The notes under the pieces were generated by a model. That model searched no databases. It saw only the letters and a list, made by a program, of their open reading frames with translations, and was not told where the DNA came from. This document shows positions 58,118 through 64,000 of a stretch of DNA of 64,000 bases, piece after piece (within the stretch, counting starts at the first letter, position 1; every line of letters starts with the position of its first letter). The position numbers and the translations under genes were made by a program. This DNA comes from Nanoarchaeota archaeon SCGC AAA011-G17 (GTDB taxonomy: Archaea > Nanobdellota > Nanobdellia > SCGC-AAA011-G17): positions 36,006 to 100,005 of the forward strand of contig AQRL01000035.1 in the NCBI GenBank assembly GCA_000402515.1, read 5' to 3'.

Positions 58118-58586
58118 TGATGTTAGTGATTTGATTATTGCAATGATTCTTCTAGTCTTGCTTGCTTCTGTTGTCTGGGCTTTGCAGAGCCCCATTGGAA
58201 AAACCCTTGCTGGTGAGGGATTAAACAGAGAGGCTAAAATAACTGCAGATATCCACAATTACAATTTTGAGGAGAATATATTTTTAGTTAATTATCTAAG
58301 GACACCAATTGCCAAACTTACAGTGGCTGATTATATTTTGATGTGCGATAATGAAGAGAAATTTGGGAATTTAAAAAAAGAGACAGACAAGATTTTGAGA
58401 GAGTATGGTAAGAAAATAAATATTATTGTCAGCTGCAAGGATGAGAAAAAGATTGTTGCTGGATATTTGATTGATGAAAGTGAAAGCAGGACTGGCTTAT
58501 TTTTTAATGGTGAGAAGGGGGTTGAGATTAATTTCAGCCCAGAATTCAAACAAAATTATTATTATGGATTACCCTATGTACACTAA
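58107..58586 (+). CDS. Pilin-like/membrane-anchored protein
   Basis: 'MLPDDVSDLIIAMILLVLLASVVWAL'. It overlaps the stop of the previous gene. Confidence 0.4.
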   Translation: MLPDDVSDLIIAMILLVLLASVVWALQSPIGKTLAGEGLNREAKITADIHNYNFEENIFLVNYLRTPIAKLTVADYILMCDNEEKFGNLKKETDKILREYGKKINIIVSCKDEKKIVAGYLIDESESRTGLFFNGEKGVEINFSPEFKQNYYYGLPYVH

Positions 58587-58587
58587 A

Positions 58588-59562
58588 ATGAACAAGAAGG
58601 GAATGGTATTTGCAACATTCACAGTAATGATTGTATTCCTCTTTATCATAAGCAACATTATCTACAAGATGCATACAGAGAATAAGAGCAAACTAAAAGA
58701 TGTCGGCTTGGGAACTGTAGACTTGATTAGGCAGAGAAGTGATTTTGAATTTGACAATCTGATTAGTGAGAAAGAGGTTGAGCTTAAAGTAAATAATGCA
58801 CTTGTAAAATTTGCTAATGGCGAGGGGAAGAATTATCTTAATGATAACAAATTTAATGAGATGTTTTTTCAGTATCTGAAGAAAGACAGCAATTTCATAT
58901 ATGATTATGATTTTAATTTAATTGGAAATATAATTGAATTCAGTGTTAAAGAAACAGCTGCAGGAGAGATGATTAAAAAAACAAGCATTGGAAAGACTGA
59001 GGAGTGCAAAAAAAAAGTGGTTGAATTGGCTGAAAAGCAGCTTGGTTGCAAATATGTATTGGGTGCGAAGGGACCGTGCGGGAGTGCATTTGACTGTTCC
59101 GGACTTATTAAGTGGGTTTATATTAATGCAGGTGTTGGTGTAAATTATTTCCCAGATGGAAGCTGGATACAGGCTGATTGGGGAAGGAGAAGCAATCTTG
59201 AGGTCAGCAATGATATTGGAAAAGATGCTAAATTAGAGGTTGATAAATTAGAGCCAGGAGATATTGTTTTTTTTAAGGGTAGCCTGCCTACTGATGGTTA
59301 TGGGGCTGAAGAACTGGATATAAGGCATGTTGGAATTTATATTGGTGATGGAAAGATTATTGAAGCAGCTGGAAAGGATTCTGGGGTTATTGAGTCTGAT
59401 ATCAGCAATAAAAGGAATTATAGGGGGGCTATAAGGGTCTGCTCTGAAAACTTTGTGGAAAATGAAGGTGTTTTTAGCTTGGATTCTAAATACGAATATA
59501 AAATTGAGCTGAATAAGAGGGATTTTATCACTCCAGACGGCATTAAGAGCATTAATATTTGA
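58588..59562 (+). CDS. Prepilin-like N-terminus fused to NlpC/P60 cysteine peptidase (cell-wall hydrolase) domain
   Basis: 'MNKKGMVFATFTVMIVFLFIISNIIY'. C-terminal 'GAKGPCGSAFDCSGLIKWVY' (catalytic Cys), 'PGDIVFFKG', 'RHVGIYIGDGKIIEA' (catalytic His). Confidence 0.65.
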   Translation: MNKKGMVFATFTVMIVFLFIISNIIYKMHTENKSKLKDVGLGTVDLIRQRSDFEFDNLISEKEVELKVNNALVKFANGEGKNYLNDNKFNEMFFQYLKKDSNFIYDYDFNLIGNIIEFSVKETAAGEMIKKTSIGKTEECKKKVVELAEKQLGCKYVLGAKGPCGSAFDCSGLIKWVYINAGVGVNYFPDGSWIQADWGRRSNLEVSNDIGKDAKLEVDKLEPGDIVFFKGSLPTDGYGAEELDIRHVGIYIGDGKIIEAAGKDSGVIESDISNKRNYRGAIRVCSENFVENEGVFSLDSKYEYKIELNKRDFITPDGIKSINI

Positions 59563-59619
59563 AATAACTAATTAAGTATAATCAACTATATAAACTAACT
59601 AAGATTTTTTGTTTCTAAT

Positions 59620-60624
59620 ATGATTAAAATAAGCTATGATGATATAATCAGAAAAATAAAAGAGGAAAAAAAGATAAGTGATGAAGAGATTAATTCTAAA
59701 ATAGAAAAGAAGATTGAGCAATTAGCCGGCCTTATTTCCAGAGAAGGGGCTGCACATATTGTAGCACATGAATATGGGGTTAAGGTCTTTAAAGAGGGGG
59801 CTATGAAGATCAGTGAGATTCTAAGCGGGATGAGAGAGGTTGAAATAAACGCCAAGGTTCTTACTGTCTTTGGAGTTGTCAGCTTCAAAAAAGAAAGCAG
59901 AGAGGGAAAGGTTGCAAGCTTTTTAGTCGGAGATGACAGCGGTAAAATAAGAATTGTTTTGTGGGATAATTCACATATTTCTTTTATTGAAAACGGGCAG
60001 ATAAGAGAAGGCAGTGTAATCAAAATTAAGAATGCATATGTCAAGGATAACCAAAATGGGCTTAAAGAATTACATTTAGGAGAGAAATCTGAGTTAATCT
60101 TAAATCCTGATAATGTTGAAATCAAAGAAATCAGCTCGGTAAATAATGCTGTATTTTCCAATTTAACTGTAAAAAAAATAAATGAATTAACTGAAAATGA
60201 CAGGAGTGTTGCTATCAGAGGGGCTGTTGTGCAGGTTTTTGAGCCAAGGTTTTATGAAATGTGCAGCGAATGCAACAGGAAGGTTGTTTTAGAGGATGGA
60301 CAGCATAAATGCAGTGTACATGGAGCTGTTAATCTCAGATATGGAATTGTCAGCAACTTTGTTTTGGATGACAGCACTAATACTATAAGAATTGTTGCTT
60401 TCAGGGAGGCTGCTGAGAAATTTTTTCATTTAAATAATGATGAGTTAATGGCAATAAGAACAAATCCTGGGAAATTTGAGGAGATAAAAGAGAATTTATT
60501 CGGAAGACTGGTTGAAGTGAAAGGGAGAGTTATTAAGAATATTATTTTTGACAGACTGGAGTTCAATGCAAATAATATTGAAGATTTAAAAGCGGAAGTT
60601 CTTTTGAAAGAATTAGAGAGATAG
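59620..60624 (+). CDS. rpa: Replication protein A-like ssDNA-binding protein (OB folds + zinc ribbon)
   Basis: Two OB-fold-like segments ('VNAKVLTVFGVVSFKK..GKVASFLVGDDSGKIRIVLWD'; 'RGAVVQVFEP'). 'CSECNRKV...CSVHG' Zn ribbon. Confidence 0.55.
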   Translation: MIKISYDDIIRKIKEEKKISDEEINSKIEKKIEQLAGLISREGAAHIVAHEYGVKVFKEGAMKISEILSGMREVEINAKVLTVFGVVSFKKESREGKVASFLVGDDSGKIRIVLWDNSHISFIENGQIREGSVIKIKNAYVKDNQNGLKELHLGEKSELILNPDNVEIKEISSVNNAVFSNLTVKKINELTENDRSVAIRGAVVQVFEPRFYEMCSECNRKVVLEDGQHKCSVHGAVNLRYGIVSNFVLDDSTNTIRIVAFREAAEKFFHLNNDELMAIRTNPGKFEEIKENLFGRLVEVKGRVIKNIIFDRLEFNANNIEDLKAEVLLKELER

Positions 60625-60698
60625 ATATTTAATTATTATTGAACATCACATTTGTAAAAGATAATAAAAAGGTTTTTATATAATATTTATTATTAAAT

Positions 60699-61235
60699 TT
60701 GAATATGAGAGATAAAATAAGACAATTTCTAAAAAACAAGAAACAACCTATTTTGTTATTGAAGCATAAGGGCAATACCAATCCTCTTTATGAATGGAGT
60801 AAGATTAGAAATCCCCTAAGAACAGCCTTTAATGCGTTTATTATAAATATTTGTAAAATTTTACCCTTAGGAATGAAAGTTTCTTTTTTAAGATTTTTTT
60901 TGGGAATTAAAATTGGAAAAAATGTAGGAATTGCTCCTAGCACAGAAATCGACCCATATTATCCCGAATTAATCTCAATAGGTGATAATGTGACTATAGG
61001 ATGGAAAGTTAATATACTTTGTCATGAGTTTACACAAGCCCGCATTAGGTTTGGTAGGGTAAATATTGGAAAAAATGTTTTAATTGGTGCATTTAGTTTA
61101 ATACGTTCGGGAGTTAGTATTGGGGATAATTCTGTTATAGCAATGGATAGCTTTGTAAATAAAGATATACCTCCGAGTGAGTTGTGGGGGGGAGTTCCAG
61201 CTAGAAGAATTAGAAAATTAAAAGAGGCCATATAA
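60699..61235 (+). CDS. Hexapeptide-repeat (LbH) acetyltransferase
   Basis: Repeated [LIV]G.N..I hexapeptides ('IGDNVTIGWKVNI', 'IGKNVLIGAFSLI', 'IGDNSVIAMDSFV') and C-terminal 'GVPARRIRKL'. Confidence 0.6.
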   Translation: MNMRDKIRQFLKNKKQPILLLKHKGNTNPLYEWSKIRNPLRTAFNAFIINICKILPLGMKVSFLRFFLGIKIGKNVGIAPSTEIDPYYPELISIGDNVTIGWKVNILCHEFTQARIRFGRVNIGKNVLIGAFSLIRSGVSIGDNSVIAMDSFVNKDIPPSELWGGVPARRIRKLKEAI

Positions 61236-61271
61236 CCAAAAACATTTAAACCAATAAGTATTTCTTGTTTT

Positions 61272-61829
61272 ATGAAAAAAGAGCTGAATATATTACTTCT
61301 TGTCAGCGCCTTCTTTATGCTTGCCGGGGGATTATTCGGGCCAATCTATGCTATCTTTGTTGAGAAGATTGGCGGGGATTTGATTACAGCAGGAACTGCT
61401 TACAGCATTTATTATATATTTGCAGGCATTCTGATATATATTGTTTCTAAATTTGAAGACAAGATGAAGAATCAGGAATTTTTAATTGTAATTGGCTATT
61501 TTATCAACTGCATTGGTTATCTTGGTTATCTGTATATTTCAGAGCCATTGCATCTTTATATTGTCCAGATAATATTCGGCATTGGGGCTGCAATCAATGT
61601 ACCGGCCTTTAAAGGAGTTTTCAGCCATAATCTTGACAGAGGGAAATTTGATTCTGAGTGGGGATTGTGGGATGGAATGTCTTATTTCTTCTGGGGGATA
61701 AGCGCTTTTGTTGGCGGCTATGTTGCTAAGATTTATGGATTTGAAATATTATTTTTCATAATGCTTTGTCTGTCTGCTATTGGCTTGATAATATCTACTA
61801 GGTTATTTTTTATAAAGAAAAGAAAATGA
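61272..61829 (+). CDS. integral membrane protein
   Basis: 5-6 TM helices. Confidence 0.3.
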   Translation: MKKELNILLLVSAFFMLAGGLFGPIYAIFVEKIGGDLITAGTAYSIYYIFAGILIYIVSKFEDKMKNQEFLIVIGYFINCIGYLGYLYISEPLHLYIVQIIFGIGAAINVPAFKGVFSHNLDRGKFDSEWGLWDGMSYFFWGISAFVGGYVAKIYGFEILFFIMLCLSAIGLIISTRLFFIKKRK

Positions 61830-62293
61830 TGTTCAGAACGCATCTGGCTTTTGCACTTCTTGTTGGTTTGCTTACAATGAATTTATTTGATTTTAATAAG
61901 TATTTATTTATTAGTTTGGTTTTATTTTCCGGGATAGTTCCTGATATTGATTATCCAAGATCAAAGATAGGGAAGAAGCTGAGAACAATAAGCATTCCTA
62001 TCAAGTTTCTTTTTGGGCACAGGGGATTATTTCACAGCGTGTTTATGGCTGGAATTATTTCTTTAGTTATATGGTGGTTTTTTGACAGATTATGGATTCC
62101 TGTTTTTATCGGCTATTGCTCACACTTGATTATTGACGGCTTTACAAAGTTAGGTGTTAATTTTATCCATCCATTTAGTCAATTACATTTATCCGGATTT
62201 ATAGAAACAAACGGGTTTATTGAGAAATTATTATTTTATATCTTAGTTGGATGTAATGTTTTAATCATAATAAAGAATATAAACCTGTTTTAA
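61826..62293 (+). CDS. Membrane-bound metal-dependent hydrolase (DUF457/YdjM-like)
   Basis: 'THLAFALLVG...PDIDYP...HRGLFHS...HLIIDGFT' His/Asp pattern. Confidence 0.45.
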   Translation: MMFRTHLAFALLVGLLTMNLFDFNKYLFISLVLFSGIVPDIDYPRSKIGKKLRTISIPIKFLFGHRGLFHSVFMAGIISLVIWWFFDRLWIPVFIGYCSHLIIDGFTKLGVNFIHPFSQLHLSGFIETNGFIEKLLFYILVGCNVLIIIKNINLF

Positions 62294-62968
62294 TATTTTT
62301 TAGGCATGAAAGAGGGATTAGAAGAGATTTTCGATACTGATTTGCTAAAAGAAAGCGAGGATGATTTTGAATTTGATGAAGAGCTGAATGAACTGATAAT
62401 GAGCAAAACTTTCAGAAGACTATATGTTGCAAGTTAAAAATGAACTTAGAAGATAGAGCAGATAAAAAAGGAAAATTTAGTTTGACAGAAGCAATATTGA
62501 ACTATCCTTTTTTTGATACTAACTATAGACCTGTAGAGTTGTTTAAGGAAACGGAAAGAACAAGAAGATGGAGAGCAGAATCTTCTTATTCCAACTTAAG
62601 GATTGGCTAACTAATAATAAAAAATGACAGAAGAAAACTTAGAAAAACAATTAGGGCTAGGGAGGGAAGTAACTACAGAAGAATTATTATATAAAATAAA
62701 CAACCCACGAAGTTCCCTCTTGGTGTATCAGAACTTTGACCTTAAAGAAAGACTAGAATCTTTAAAAAGATGGAGAGATTTATCTAGCCGTTCACAGCTT
62801 CTTGTTGGGTATAGTTAATTGTAATAAGAAATGAGTTTAGAAGAGAAAACTATTGAAAGAGAAGATTTTAAGAGGGCATCTTCCAATTGTTGTTTTTCAA
62901 GCTTTTTATTCTTGGTCTAATGTTCTTTTTAGGGAAAAAAGAGAAATTTTATTAGTTTAAATATAGAA

Positions 62969-63430
62969 TTATTCTCTAATCTTTTTAGCTAATTCTGCCA
63001 AATCCTTATCTTCTGCCCTTTTATGGTCGTGAGATGAAATATATCCTTCATAAGTTTCAAAATACTTATCTACGTTGGATTTTATCGGTTTCCATTCTTT
63101 CATTTTTGTGCCATGCATTGGAAATAATTTGGCGTGTACATGATCTACACCAAACCCCTCAAAGATCAGTCCAGTTCTTCCAACAGTTTCTAATTTTGAA
63201 TCTATTAATCTAGCAACCTTTTTAGCTGCAATTATTAGATCTTTTAAAACGTGGTCCGATAAGTCAAAAGCATAACTGGGATAGTGCTCTTTTGGAATCA
63301 ATACAGAAAAACCTTTTGTGTTTGGGAAGATACTTAGAAAAGCTAAATGTTTTTCATCTTCCCAGATTTTATGACAAGGAACCTCTCCCCTGACAATCTT
63401 ACAAAAAAGGCAGTTTTCTTGTGTTTTCAT
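62969..63430 (-). CDS. HIT-family (histidine triad) nucleotide hydrolase/transferase
   Basis: 'CLFCKIV' N-terminus. 'GVDHVHAKLFPM' H-x-H-x-H-xx motif. Confidence 0.7.
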   Translation of the reverse strand: MKTQENCLFCKIVRGEVPCHKIWEDEKHLAFLSIFPNTKGFSVLIPKEHYPSYAFDLSDHVLKDLIIAAKKVARLIDSKLETVGRTGLIFEGFGVDHVHAKLFPMHGTKMKEWKPIKSNVDKYFETYEGYISSHDHKRAEDKDLAELAKKIRE

Positions 63431-63472
63431 AATTTTATTTTACCCCTTATTATTTAAAAATGTATCTAAGAG

Positions 63473-64000
63473 TTATTTTAAATCATACTTTTCAATTAAA
63501 CTCCTTAGATTTTCACTTCCATAATCATTTAGCCCCATATTCTCTGGTGTAATTATTTTTCTATCAGGGTAACGTGGCCATGGTTTTGTTAATCTTATAT
63601 GGTCTAAACCCAATAATCCATATAATATTCTTTCTGGAGCAGCACCAATCCCACCATGAGGGGGCATTCCATTTTCTCTTAAAGCAATATAATTCCAATA
63701 ATGTCTAACATTATGTTTTTGCCCCTTTTCTATAAGATTTTGGATAATCTCCTCAGGATCTGTGATTTTCTCAGCTACTCCCACCATCTCTCCCGCGCCA
63801 TGCGGAGCAATTAAATCGCAGGTCATTGACAATCTGCGATCTTCAGGAAGCCTTCTATAAGGAAATCCTTCAGAGACAAAAGGAGGAAAATCTACCCAAA
63901 CATATCTATCACCAAAATAATCAGTTAATATTATCTCATCTCTTCTTTTAAGACCCTCCCCCCATTCAGTAGTAGATCCTTTTCTTTGTGTTAAGATTAA
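63473..64000 (-). CDS. Class-II AsnRS/AspRS-like catalytic domain protein (asparaginyl-tRNA synthetase or archaeal AsnA), N-terminus beyond window edge
   Basis: 'CDLIAPHGAGEMVGVAEKI', 'YWNYIALRENGMPPHGGIGAAPERIL', 'KPWPRYPD' match class-II motif 3 and the AsnRS C-terminus. The frame stays open to position 64000. Confidence 0.55.
   Translation of the reverse strand, partial: LILTQRKGSTTEWGEGLKRRDEIILTDYFGDRYVWVDFPPFVSEGFPYRRLPEDRRLSMTCDLIAPHGAGEMVGVAEKITDPEEIIQNLIEKGQKHNVRHYWNYIALRENGMPPHGGIGAAPERILYGLLGLDHIRLTKPWPRYPDRKIITPENMGLNDYGSENLRSLIEKYDLK

Noticed and set aside
62306-62610. Small ORFs 62306..62437 (acidic 43 aa) and 62441..62610 (56 aa) in an intergenic region.
   Set aside because: No motifs. 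Could be real micro-proteins but there is no supporting evidence.

Overview
This looks like a 64-kb stretch of an AT-rich (about 30% GC by eye) archaeal chromosome, probably from a reduced, DPANN-like genome. It is densely packed with short genes.

Core content:
- Information processing: class-II SerRS, ArgRS and an M. jannaschii-like TyrRS; a partial AsnRS/AspRS-like gene at the 3' window edge; an RPA-like ssDNA-binding protein; and the Hef helicase-nuclease.
- A replication island: an inverted-repeat/AT-rich oriC candidate followed by orc1/cdc6, the PolD small subunit (DP1) and the PolD large subunit (DP2) in one operon.
- A membrane-anchored LonB protease.
- Peptidases (M3 oligoendopeptidase F, M29-like aminopeptidase), PRPP synthetase, an agmatinase-like ureohydrolase, a 2H phosphoesterase (LigT), HIT and metallophosphoesterase proteins, and several small wHTH/PadR/TrmB/AbrB regulators.

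Three features stand out:
1. Intein and homing-endonuclease load is unusually high. DP2 carries a 470-aa LAGLIDADG intein ending in Gln. A FlaI/PilB-type secretion ATPase carries a ~503-aa LAGLIDADG intein. LonB is interrupted by a mini-intein that is itself broken by tandem TAA-TAA stops and an internal restart, which mimics a cis-adjacent split intein. There are also two free-standing double-LAGLIDADG proteins and a DUF559/Vsr-like endonuclease.
2. About 7.2-17.6 kb looks like an integrated mobile element, whether plasmid or provirus. It has a XerA-like tyrosine recombinase, a serine recombinase, a GC-richer cold-shock gene, and an iteron/palindrome-dense origin-like region flanked by two paralogous coiled-coil+wHTH genes. 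One of those genes carries a (TGAA)6 coding microsatellite.
3. About 47.3-59.6 kb is a type-IV-pilus-like locus: an intein-containing assembly ATPase, a FlaJ/TadC-like platform protein, then at least 11 tandem, translationally coupled prepilin-like genes. These share an unusual 'MNKKG' class-III signal. One is a Cys-rich pilin and one has a pilin N-terminus fused to an NlpC/P60 cell-wall hydrolase. I consider this the most interesting candidate system: a host-attachment or host-cell-wall-breaching pilus.

I found no rRNA, tRNA or CRISPR array.
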